A stretch of DNA of 64,000 nucleotides, from positions 19,718,001-19,782,000 of the forward strand of contig CM075988.1 in assembly GCA_038087875.1 (NCBI GenBank), read 5' to 3'. The DNA comes from Malacoraja senta. Taxonomy: Eukaryota. Under the pieces are notes generated by a model that had not been told where the DNA came from, made no database searches, and saw nothing but the letters and a program-made list of their open reading frames with translations. The position numbers and the translations under genes are program-made. Shown piece by piece: positions 12,586 to 24,348 of the stretch (within the stretch, counting starts at the first letter, position 1; each line of letters begins with the position of its first letter).

Positions 12586-15558
12586 TAGAAACATAGAAAC
12601 ATAGAAAATAAGTGCAGGAGTAGGCCATTCGGCCCTTCCAGCCTGATCATATGATCAGCCATTCAATATGATCATGGCTGATCATCCAACTCAGTATCCT
12701 GTACCTGCTTTCTCTCCATACCCCCTGATCCCTTTAGCCACAAGGGCCACATCTAACTCCCTCTTAAATATAGCCAATGAACTGGCCTCAACTACATACT
12801 GTGGCAGAGAATTCCAGAGATTTACCACTCTCTGTGTAAAAAATGTTTTTCTCATCTCAGTCCTAAAAGATTTCCCCTTTATCCTTAAACTGTGACCCTT
12901 GTTCTGGACTTCCCCAACATCGGGAACAATCTTCCTGCATCTAGCCTGTCCAACCCCTTAAGAATTTTGTACGTTTCTATAAGATCCCCCCTCAATCTAC
13001 AAAATTCTAGCGAGTACAAGCCGAGTCTATCCAGTCTTTCTTCATATGAAAGTCCTGACATCCCAGGAATCAGTCTGGTGAACCTTCTCTGTACTCCCTC
13101 TATAGCAAGAATGTCCTTCCTCAGATTAGGAGACCAAAACTGTACGCAATACTCCAGGTGTGGTCTCACCAAGACCCTGTACAACTGCAGTAGAACCTCC
13201 CTGCTCCTATACTCAAATGCTTTTGCTATGAATGCTAACATACCATTCGCTTTCTTCATTGCCTGCTGCACCTGCATGCCTATTTTCAATGACTGGTGTA
13301 CCATGACACCCAGGTCTCGTTGCATCTCCCCTTTTCCTAATCGGCCACCATTCAGGTAATAGTCTACTTTCCTGTTTTTGCCACCAAAGTGGATAACCTC
13401 ACATTTATCCACATTATACTGCATCTGCCATGCATTTGCCCACTCACCCAGCCTATCCAAGTCATCTTGCAGCCTCCTAGCACCCTTCTCACAGCTAACA
13501 CTGCCCCCCAGCTTCGTGTCATCCGCATTTTTGAGATGTTGCATTAAATTCCCTCGTCCAAATCATTAATATATATTGTAAATAGCTGGGATCCCAGCAC
13601 TGAGCCTTGCCTGCCATTCTGAAAAGGACCCGTTAACTCCTACTCTTTGCTTCCTGTCTGCCAGCCAGTTCTCTATCCACATCAATACTGAACCGTGTGC
13701 TTTAAGTTTGTATACTAATCTCTTATGTGGGACCTTGTCGAAAGCCTTCTGAAAGTCCAGATATAACACATCCACTGGTTCTCCCTTATCCACTCTACTA
13801 GTTACATCCTCGAAAAATTCTATAAGATTCGTCAGACATGGTTTACCTTTCATAAATCCATGCTGACTTTGTCCAATGATTTCACCATTTTCCAAATATG
13901 CTGCTATCACATCTTTAATAACTGACTCTAGCAGTTTCCCCACTACCGACGTTAGACTAACTGGTCTGTAATTCCCCGTTTTCTCTCTGCCTCCCTTTTT
14001 AAAAAGTGGGGTTACATTAGCTACCCTCCAATCCTCAGGAACTACTCCAGAATCTAAAGAGTTTTGAAAAATTATCACTAATGCATCCACTATTTCCTGG
14101 GCTACTTCCTTAAGTACTCTGGGATGCAGCCTATCTGGCCCTGGGGATTTATCGGCCTTTAATCCATTCAATTTACCTAACACCCGGCTAACCTGGATTT
14201 CACTCAGTTCCTCCATCTCATTTGACCCGCAGTCCCCTGCTATTTCCGGCTGATTAATTATGTCTTCCTTAGTGAAGACAGAACCAAAGTAGTTATTCAA
14301 TTGGTCTGCCATGTCCTTGTTCCCCATGATCAATTCACCTGTTTCTGACTGCAAGGGACCTACAAATGTTTTAACTAATCTTTTTCTCTTCATATATCTA
14401 TAAAAACTTTTACAGTCAGTTTTTATCCCTGCCAGTTTTCTTTCATAATCTATTTTACCTTTCCTAATTAAGCCCTTTGTCCTCCTCTGGTGGATCTGAA
14501 TTTCTCCCAGTCCTCTGGTAGGCTGCTTTTTCTGGCTAATTTGTATGCTTCATCTTTTGTTTTGATAATATCCCTGATTTCCCTTGTTATCCACGGATGC
14601 ACTACCTTCCCTGATTTATTCTTTGGCCAAACTGGGATGAACAATTGTTGTAGTTCATCCATGCAGCCTTTAAATGCCTTCCATTGCATATCCACCGTCA
14701 ACCCTTTAAGAATCAATTGCCAGTCTATCTTGGCCAATTCACGTCTCATACCCTCAAAGTTACCTTTCTTTAAGTTCAGAACCATTGTTTCTGAATTAAT
14801 TATGTCACTCTCCATCCTAATGAAGAACTCAACCATATTATGGTCACTCTTGCCCAAGGGGCCACGCACAACAAGACTGCTAACTAATCCTTCCTCTTTA
14901 CTCAATACCCAGTCTAGAATAGCCTGCTCTCTCGTTGGTTCCTCTACATGTTGGTTTAGAAAACTATCCCGCATATATTCCAAGAAATCCTCTTCCTCAG
15001 CACCCCTGCCAATTTGATTCACCCAATCTATATGTAGATTGAAGTCACCCATTCTAACGGTTTTACCTTTGTTGCACGCATTTCTAATTTCCTGTTTGAT
15101 GCCATCCCCAACTCCACTACTACTGTTAGGTGGCCTGTACACAACTCCCACTAGTGTTTTCTGCCCCTTAGTGTTTCGTAGCTCTACCCATATCGATTCA
15201 ACATCCTCCAAGCTAATGTCCTTCCTTTCTATTGCGTTAATCTTCTCTCTAACCAGCAACGCTACCCCACCTCCTTTTCCTTTCTGTCTATCCCTCCTGA
15301 ATATTGAATATCCCTGGATGTTCAGCTCCCAGCCTTGGAGTTGTCTCCGTGATCCCAACTATATCATAGTCATTAATAGCTATCTGCACATTCAACTCAT
15401 CCACCTTATTACGAATGCTCCTTGCATTGAGACACAAAGCCTTCAGGCTTGTTTTTACAACACTCTTACCCCTTATACAATTATGTTGAAAAAATGGCCC
15501 TTTTTGATTTTTGCCCTGGATTTGTCTGCCTGCCACTTTTACTTTTCACCTTGCTACC
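12586..15558 (-). mobile_element. CR1/HER1-type LINE with near-complete but frameshifted ORF2 (APE endonuclease plus reverse transcriptase)
   Basis: Successive ORFs: LCLNARSIRNK...GITET; RRDRQKGKGGGVALLV...YRPP...MGDFN...SDHN; KSPGPD...NYRPVSLTSVVGK...QHGF...YLDFQKAFDKVPH; ADDTKL...LEYCVQFWSP; 3' (tttctatg)n tail. Confidence 0.97.
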
Positions 15559-16048
15559 TGGATCTGCATAAGACATAGTACAGTCCAACACAGGAACAGT
15601 CCCTTTGGCTCTCCATGTCTGCACTGTCCATGACGTTAATGTTCACTTTGCATCTAATGTAATGCAAAAACAATATGGAAAATAAGAGAGGGACTACAGA
15701 TCTGGAACGTAACACTGAGAGACTAATATTGAATTCCAGCTGGATCTTGAACTTCACGTACACAAAATTCTGAAACGGAGAGAACAGTGGAAGTAAGCCA
15801 TTTAGCAGTTTGGAACTGCCATTCAATACTATCAGACTGCCCCATTATCACAATGCTATATTCCCACTCTCTCCATATCACTTGATGTCTTTTGAACTAG
15901 AAACGTTGGTACCTCCTTCTTTGTCATATTCAGACTTACTTTGAGAGCTGACATTAAGAGGCTAAAACTAATGATTAAGCACAAACTTTGCACAGTGTTT
16001 GTTATTTAAATTGTGGCTGTTCAGAAACTGCCTCAGTTTCTTCAGTAA

Positions 16049-17153
16049 AGGGCCTGTTCCACTTGGCCATCATTTGCGCGCCATTTACGCGACCTCCAAA
16101 AATTTGGTCGTCGCGTGGTAACGCACGGGTAGTGTGTGGGTAGCATGGGACGGGCGCATGGAAAGGCATGGAGGAGTGTGGAGTTGTGCGCGGTATCGCG
16201 CGGCGCTCCAGGATTTCATCCTGCATGAAATCTTTGTGCGCCACTGGCGTGGCGTATCGCTTACGCACGCGGACGTACTGCGGTCGCACGCTGACGTCCT
16301 GACCTCATACATGTAGTGCGTGGTGACGCATGATTACATCACCGTGCGTAACCATGTGCCGCCGTGCACCGCCCATACGCAGTCGGCCCGCCTTTTACTC
16401 GTCACGGATAAATTTGCACAGTTTCGTAGAGAAAACTACGTGGTGAACACCAAAATAGACGAAACCGGAAAGTGCAAAAGTGAATTGATGCTTCACTTGC
16501 AATGACTGCTTGGGTCCCTGGATTGTGGGTAAGGAAGAGGTTAAAAAGAAAAATGTTGTATCTCCTACAGCTGGATGGGCGAATTACATGAGAAGGGGTG
16601 CAGTTGGTAGAAATGGAAGAGCAAACCAGATAAGTGATACAAAATGCTGGAGTAACTCAGCGGGACCGGCAACATCTCTGGAGAGAAGCAATGGGTGACA
16701 CTTCGGGTCGAGACCCTTTTTCAGACTGAAGAAGAGTCTCGACCCAAAACATCATCCAGCCCTTCTCTCCAGAGATGCTGCCGGTCCCGCCGAGTCACTC
16801 CTGCATTTTGTGTCTATCTTCAATTTAAACCAGCATCTGCAGTTCCTTCCTACAGATTAATTTGGTTTGCAGCTTGCTACTTTTCTTTCACCTCTTTTTT
16901 TGAATAGGGGCATTACATCTGCAGTTTTCCAATTGCTAGCATCACTCAAGAAACTAGAACATTTTAGAAAGTCACCATAAGTATCATAAACTGGGTAAAT
17001 ATCATAAACTGGATATTCAAATGACATCACGCACTCCAGACGGCTGTGCTGACGCATGAAGACGCGTGATGACACGCGCTACATTTGCGCGACTGTCGCG
17101 CGACAGTCACTACCGGCCTGTCGCGTAAATAACGGCCAAGTGGGACAGGCCCT
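16049..17153. mobile_element. Non-autonomous PIF/Harbinger-type element with foreign interior
   Basis: TIRs agggcctgttccacttggcc / ggccaagtgggacaggccct; TAA on both sides (16046-48, 17154-56). Confidence 0.85.
16633..16853. mobile_element. Palindromic Penelope terminal-repeat pair with decayed hammerhead cores on both strands
   Basis: Arms of ~90 bp centred on ttcagactgaa (~16720-16730): tcgggtcgagaccctttttcag | ctgaagaagagtctcgacccaaaac. Confidence 0.85.
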
Positions 17154-17499
17154 TAAGATGCTGAAGCATAGCAGATAATTTAAACAAGTGCTTTGTTAAA
17201 CACAAAGATTTAGAGTAGCGAGCACAATTTCTACACCTTACTCCCAACAATGGCAAATCAGCTCTGCAGCAAAGCATGGGCAGCGAAATACAGAGAGCAA
17301 TTAGGCACACACAATAATTCTTAAAAGGGCGATACAGCCAGTATTACAATGGATTGTGATGCATTGGATACCCAGCTAACGGAGGCAAAAGATGGGGCCC
17401 ACCCTGTTTGGCAATAATGGCTCATTTATTAATAAGGGAGATTTCCTTATTTCAAAGGAGACCTTGGGAATTGTCAGTCTTTTGGTATTGGTTTATCAT

Positions 17500-17935
17500 T
17501 ATCACATGTACCAAGATATTGAAAACCATTGTTTATGTGCTATCCAGTCAAATTAAACTATACGTGAATAGAAATCAAGTTTAACAGGTAGTGCAAAGAG
17601 AAAAATACCAGAGTGCAGAATATGGTGTTCCAGTGTTATATGTTAGTTACAGAGAAAGTGCAGATTTTTTTGAAGAGCAAGGGCCACACAATGAGGTATG
17701 TTGGGAGATCGGGACTGCACCCAAGCTTATGTGAGGACCATTCAGTAGTCTGATAACAGTGGGGAAAAGCTGTCCCTGCATCTGGTGGTACGTGCTTTCA
17801 AGCTTTTGTATCTTCTGCCCGACAGTATAGAGGGGCCGAGGGAACCAAGGGGTGTAAAATGTCCTTGATTATGTTGGCTGTTTTTCCGAGGCAGCGTGAA
17901 GTATAGATGGAGTTGATGGGGAGGAGGCGTGTTTG
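17500..17935 (-). mobile_element. Rex1/Babar-type LINE 3' fragment
   Basis: ORFs 17742..17951 and 17798..17998: SIYTSRCLGKTANIIKD, SGRRYKSLKARTTRCRDSF. Confidence 0.8.
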
Positions 17936-17989
17936 CATAAGTACACCCCATTGAAATATGAGAGTACGAATCGCATGGTTTTTCACATC

Positions 17990-18930
17990 AAAAGACACAA
18001 AGTATTGGAGTAACTCTGTGGGTCAGGCAGCATCTCTGGAGAACCATGGAGAGGGGATGTTTTGGATTGGAGCCCTTCTTCAGTCTGATTATAATGGGGA
18101 GGGGGAGAAAGCTGGAAGAGTGGTTGGGGCGAGGCAAAGCCTGGCAAGTGATCGGTGGATACAGATGAGGGGGGTTATCAGCAGATGTTTGGGAAAAGGC
18201 CATAGACAAAAAGACAAATAACAAGGGCAAAAAATGAAAAGACAAAAAGTGTGAGATAAGGATATAAGAAGTGTGAATTGTGAAGCCAGAGGAAGGAATA
18301 TAGGTGGAAGGGACCGTGGAAGAGGAGAGGGGAGAAATGGATGCCAATCTAGGTAAGGGGAAGGGGTTTGTAAGTTAGTTACGTAAAATTGAAGAATTGA
18401 ATGTTCATAGCATTGGGTTGTGAGCTACCCAAGCAGAATATGAGGTGCTGTTCCTCCAGTTTGTGTGTCCTCACTCTGGCAATGGATCCAGGTCAGTAGG
18501 ACAGAAAGGTCAGTATGGAAATGGGAAGGGGTGCTCAAAGAATGGTGTGCTGGTTGCAGAGGCAGGTGGGTGTAAGGTGAGGACCAGGGCAACTCTACCC
18601 TTGTTCCGTCTGGGGGGAGGGGGAGTGAGAACCACCACAATCAGTCTGAGGAAGGGTCCCGACCCGAATAGTTACCTATCTACATTGTCCAGAGATGCTG
18701 CCTGACGCGCTGAGTTACCCCAACACTTTTTTGTCTTAGCCTGTCTCTAAAGTCCTCCCTCCCCCTCCTCCACCTGTCACCATTCTCCCGTCGTACAACA
18801 CCTGCTTCCACCTATCATCCGCCAGACCTGGTCTCACCCCTCCCTCTCATCTCCATATACCTGCTGCCTGACCTGCCAAGTTCCTCCAGCACATTGTACC
18901 TTTTATTGTAAACCAGCATCTGCAATTCCG
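17990..18930 (-). mobile_element. Decayed Penelope-like element with inverted terminal-repeat pieces
   Basis: acccaagcagaatatgaggtgctgttcctccagtttg (GIY-YIG C-terminus, rc); terminal repeats at 17990-18090 (minus) and 18640-18730 / 18860-18930 (plus). Confidence 0.75.
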
Positions 18931-19819
18931 TGCCCCCATTTTTCACATCCACGCTTAATTCATTTTCGCCCAGCTACGCCAGCTGAAAATGCAAGCTGTG
19001 AAAGTTTGAATTCTCAGAGTCTGCAGGATTGATGCACTATGCAAATGCTTGCTGCCATGGTTTACACCACTTAAATCGATTACTACCCTGCAACCCACAA
19101 TGCACAATCCATCACCTAGAGGAAACATTCTGAAATATGTTATTACATATATACCATTTATGTCAGGAATTTTCCAAGCCTCAACAATTATTTTTTGTTT
19201 CTGATTAATGTTAGGTTCTTGAGTAGCTTTACTAAACCGCCAGTAACTGGAGAGGGCCAGTTGTGCTGCAGCATAATTGAAGAGCTTCTGCTGCAGAAAA
19301 TGACACATCATTTCCAATTCCACACACTGTCTCCACAGCTGTCTTAGCGATGAAGCTGGCAACAGTGGATTAACCTCCCGAGAAAGCCAAGGTATTGCAG
19401 TTTATTCTGAGGACTTAAACCTCTTCAAGATGTAATTCATTCACCTGAGCATCATTGATCTTCAACCACACTTACTTTTTCCATTTGCGATCATATTTTT
19501 TTTGTTCGCTTGTCCCCTGGCTGCAGATTTCTACTGCGATGCGAAGAAATAGAAACGAGGAGCTTAACTACTCCGAAGGAACTGTTAACACAGTTTCGGG
19601 CAACTTAATGAGGCTGATGGTTAAAGAGGGCCCTGGATTTCCCATGGAGAAAGCAAGGCGGTGGAGAATTGGCTCGTTGTCAGGTGAATTGGAAGTGGAA
19701 GTGAATCAGGTCTTGGTAGACCAGTTTGATCATCACTGGCGTGCTGATCCAACCTATGAACCTGAGATTTTGTTCTGGAGCTTGGAATAGTGGAAGGCCA
19801 ATGAATTGAAATTAATTAA

Positions 19820-20136
19820 ATGGCACAGTTGGTAGAGCTGTTGTCTCACAGCGCCAGAGACCCGGGTTCAATCCTAACTTTGAGTGCTGATTGTGTGATA
19901 TTTGCTCCATCTCCCTGTGACTACGTGGGTTTACTCAGGGTGTTCTGGATTCCTCCCACATCCCAAAGACATGTGGGTTTGTTGGTTAACTGGTCTTTGT
20001 AAATTGTTCCTCGTGTATAGTAGAGTGGATGTAAAAGTGAGCTAACATAGAACTAGTGTGAATGGGTTATCGATGGTTGGTGTGGCCTCAATGGGCGGAA
20101 GGGCCTGTTTTCATGCTGTAACCCTAAACTAAACTA
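19820..20136 (+). mobile_element. V-SINE (HE1-like), near full length
   Basis: tggcacagttggtagagctgttgtctcacagcgccagagacccgggttcaatcc, V-domain, (taaac)n tail. Confidence 0.88.
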
Positions 20137-20669
20137 ATTGGGAAGGATACTACATCTGGTGGCATTAGCTGGTGCAGCGCAGATTCTCATCTGCCATTCA
20201 CATTGACTCACGGGAATAAAATATGGAGAGGTTAAATTCAAAACCAGGTACAAGGGCTGCAATTAACAACTAACCTGCTCCTGATTGCAATGCATGCAGG
20301 CAAACCCCTTTCTGTTGCCTACTTATTATAGGTGTCCCCAGAGTGAAGTACTCTGACCACTGGTTGCCCTTACCATCACAGAACAAAGAACTGCAGATGC
20401 TTAATAAGGACACGAAGAGCTGGAGTAACACAATGGTGGATGTCAATGTGAAGGTCGTATGTTCTCCCTGTGACCACGTGGGTTTCCTCCGGGCGCTCCT
20501 GGTTCCTCCCACATCCCAAAGGCGTGCGGTTTTGTAGGTTAATTGGCCTCTGTAAAATATCTATCTCTCTGTGTCCTCATATATATTTGTTCAATACTGC
20601 TCCCACATCTGGTTTTTCTCCAAGCTGAAAAGTTCATCTGAGTTAGTAACCTACTTTCTCTTTTAAAGA

Positions 20670-20802
20670 ATGTTTAAGAAGGAACTGCAGATGCTGGCAA
20701 ATCGAAGGTCTGAAGAAGGGTTTCGGCCCGAAACATTGCCTATTTCCTTCGCTCCATAGATGCTGCCTCACCCGCTGAGTTTCTCCAGCATTTTTGTCTA
20801 CC
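20670..20802 (+). mobile_element. Mini Penelope-derived insertion with hammerhead-like core
   Basis: TSD-like ttctcttttaaaga (20656-20669) / ttctcttttcaaga (20803-20816); inverted tail fused to ctgaagaagggtttcggcccgaaacatt. Confidence 0.8.
20706..20741 (+). ncRNA. Minimal type I hammerhead ribozyme-like motif
   Basis: aggt-CTGAAGA-a-GGGTT(tc)GGCCC-GAAAC-att-gcct: conserved core, helix II, and a possible 4-bp helix I (aggt/gcct). Confidence 0.6.
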
Positions 20803-22472
20803 TTCTCTTTTCAAGATGTGCCTGACCTGCTGTGCTGTCCTCGTGGTTTCTGTTTGCATTTCAGCTTCCCAGCATTTATGGTTTTTCTTTTCATCTCCGA
20901 TGGAGATATCTATCTGCTCTCTTTGCAGGTGATGGTCCTTGTCGTGGTAATCGGGCAAGGACCATGGTTGTGCGACCAACTAAATTTAATGACCTGCAAA
21001 AGGAGTCCGTGACGTTAACTCAGAGAACACTGACCGCGGCACATCCCAGGATGGCGATGATTGGCATGAACCACAAAGGGGAGCTTCATTTTCCTTGAAG
21101 AATCTTACACCTTTGCATGTTGCAAGCCCCAATGCGTGCAAGATTGGCTTTCCTCTTTGAAGCGAATCCACTGGCCGACATCTCACATGGAGAACGGCCC
21201 TGATTAGCCACACATGACTGGCTAAGATCATCAGCAGACAAAACAGATGGAGCGTCGTGACAGGTCTCAGCTCCCACTGATCTTCACAAGGTTAGCAAGA
21301 AAGATCCGCAGCAAGTATTTTGTGGCAAGTTGTCAGCTGCGTGCAACTAACAAAGGAACTTTGAAGGACTTTTGATCTTCCTTTCTCTTTAATCAGATTT
21401 GCCGGAAAGCTTTCAGCTGCTGCAGAGTTGGAGTGGTGACATTCCCCTTGAACCGAGAAGGTTGAGAGGAGATGTGATGGAAGCGGACAAGATCACGATA
21501 GGTTTGGGCAGTAACGAGGTGGAAACCTTTCCGATTAGTGGGTGATGTAAGAAATCCGGGAATAGAGTTTCAAAATTGGAGGCAAAACGTAACGAGGGGA
21601 AAGTGAGGAATATCTTTTTTTTTAACGCAGAGAGTAAATATTCACCAGATATAAGGGTAGCAGAAAGAGAATCCATCAAGAGAGATTTGTACAGGCAGCT
21701 GAATAGAAACAATTTGATGTGGCAGACGGTTTAGAGAATGGGACTGATGGGATTAAATGCCGGCATCCAGGGTGGCTGGCCAAATTATCTCCTTCTCTGC
21801 AGTTGCAATTCAATAATTTTAAATTGTCTTGTTTGCCTGCAACATGATGGGACCCTTACAACAAACATCTGGGAACATAACATAGAAGTTTTCTTTTAGC
21901 ATTTAGTGATTGTGTGAAAACCCCAGCTTTAGCACACATATTTGGATGAGGGTAATTTGACCAAAGATCACAGGAGTAAGATTTCAAAGTAGTTTTAACA
22001 TCCTTTATTCATTGTGGTAATTTATGGACCACTATGATGATTTTTTTCTCCTGCAGAATAATATGGATTATAATTTGTTATTTAAAACTGAAATAATCAG
22101 GCATCTGCTAATTAACCTTTAATCCTCAGGATAAAAGGCTCTATTAAAAATAATTAGTAATTTGTTTGAAAGAAAATCATGGGAAATATCTCCTGTTGAG
22201 AAATGTGATTGAAAGCACTTTGGAGCTTTCAAATGCACGAACGTACTGAAGAGTGGGCTCCGTTAAATTGCCCCAGTAAATTAACATTCCATGGGACTGA
22301 ATTTTAGTAGAGCCAACTGCTTGCAAAAGTTGATAATGTTTCATTTATTTGTTCACTCCCATGATAGAGCCAGGGAAATATGCTTGATGCAATGACTCAG
22401 AGGAGGACATGTTCCATGGACAACAAAACCCTGCATATAAATAGCAACTTGAAGGTTTAGAGAAAATGCGAG

Positions 22473-22640
22473 CAGCTGGTAGCGCTGCTGCCTCACAGCA
22501 CCAGAGACTCAGGTTTGATCCTGACCTTGGGTGCTGCCTGTGTGGAGTTTGCACCTTCTCCCTGTGACCGCATAGGTTTCCTCCAGGTGCTCCAGTTTCC
22601 TCCCACATCCCAAAGACATGTGGTTTTGTAGGTTAATTGG
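22473..22640 (+). mobile_element. V-SINE (HE1-like), 3'-truncated
   Basis: ctggtagcgctgctgcctcacagcaccagagac...tgtgtggagtttgcaccttctccctgtgaccgcataggtttcctccaggtgctcc. Confidence 0.85.
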
Positions 22641-23982
22641 TTACGCTAGTCCCATTTGCTTGCATTTGCCAACTCTATTCATTTCCTATTCATGTAACTG
22701 TCTAAATATATCATTTAAAAGTTATAATTGTATCTGCTTCTGTAGCTTCCACTGGCAGCTCATTCCAGATACGGACTCCCCTCTGAGTGACTTTGTGTTG
22801 TTTGTTTCAGCTGTAAAACTGGTCCACATGCTCTAAAAATAATCACACATATTTCATTTTTGTTTGAGAAGTAATGTACCACATGGACAGCAACAGGTCT
22901 GCTCTCTGACCAAGGAAATTAATTCCCAAAGAAAGACTGAAACAACATCTTCCTCACACCACCCATACCTAAAACAGAGTCATAGTCATACAGCAGGGAA
23001 ACAGGCCCTTCGGCCCAACTCGACTATGCTGACCAAGATGCTCCAACTGTCTTTTAAATGTTGATTAGTAAGGGTGTCAGGGGTTATGGGGAGAAGGCAG
23101 GAGAGTGGGGTTGAGAGGGAAAGATAGATCAGCCATGATCGAATGGCAGAGTAGACTTGGACTAAATCTGCTCCAATAACATGAACTTATGAAATGTTGT
23201 TACCGTGCTTGACTCATCTCCCTCCTTTGGCAGCTCGTTCCATATATCCATCACCATCTGTGTGGAAAAAGTTGCCCTTCAGGTTCCTAGTAATCTTTCC
23301 TCTCTCACCTCAAAACTTTCAGTTTCCACTCACTGTGAAATCTGGGAAAATTGCAACATCCTCAGAGGGAGAACAGCTCAATTTTTCTAGCTGTTCATCA
23401 TTTGCTTTCATTAATGGCTCACCATCGTCAGTTCACCGGATCTCAATGGAGAAAAAAATACAGATGCAATGCTTTTATGTAATTGTGCTCACAGTGTGTG
23501 GATTACAGCAAAGAAGCAGCACTACAGTATGTTCTTGTTAGTGGGCGGTGAGCTCGTCAAATCTCACTGAGTCATACTGGAGAGCTTTGGATGCACATTG
23601 GCAGAAATCATTGTTCTCTTTTATCATTTTCAGATCATTATTAATACTTTTAATGGTCTGGACTAGTGGAGGTGCCCTACCAGAAAGGTAAAATTAATGT
23701 AAACATATGCCAGGCTACAGCCAAAGACTGAAAGCTTGCTTATAGTCAAGCATTTACTTCATGTATTGTAAGTCTCACTGACATCAAATGAGCAAACCAG
23801 AATAAAGGAGCATGTTTCCTTCAATAACAGCAGGCAAACTCACTCATTCGCTTTTTTGAAGTTGAGACAGAGGGTCAAGGTTTACACAATAGCAACACCA
23901 CAGTGCTGACTGTCAAGCAACCCTCAGTTTCCTCACAGAAAGCAGCGTGCATTGTTCTTATGTTCTATGGCTTGTGGAACAT

Positions 23983-24030
23983 TGGTGGTGGTGGTGGTGG
24001 TGGTGGTGGTGGTGGTGGTGGTGGTGGTGG
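23983..24030 (+). repeat. (TGG)16 microsatellite
   Basis: Perfect trinucleotide run. Confidence 0.97.
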
Positions 24031-24059
24031 AGGAAGAGAAACAATTGCTTCTTGCTGCT

Positions 24060-24348
24060 TTTAGTTTAGAGATACAGCGTGGGAACATGCTTGTCGGCCC
24101 ATCGTGTCCACGCTGACCATCAATCCCCACACACTAACGCTATCCTACACACTGGGGACAATTTACAATTTTTACCGAAGCCAATTGACCTCCAAACACG
24201 TACGTCTCTGGTGTGTGTGAGGAAACCGGAGCACCCACGCGGTCACGGGGGGGCAACGTACAAACTCTGTACAGATTGTGCCCATAGTCAGGATTGAACC
24301 CGGGTCTCTGGCGCTGTAAGGCAGCAAATCCTCCGCTGTGCCACCGTG
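24060..24348 (-). mobile_element. V-SINE (HE1-like)
   Basis: tcaggattgaacccgggtctctggcgctgtaaggcagc...gtgccaccgtgc is the rc of the head; tttagtttag tail. Confidence 0.88.

Noticed and set aside
12892..15578. Long plus-strand ORFs (155-179 aa)
   Set aside because: Antisense shadows of CR1 ORF2
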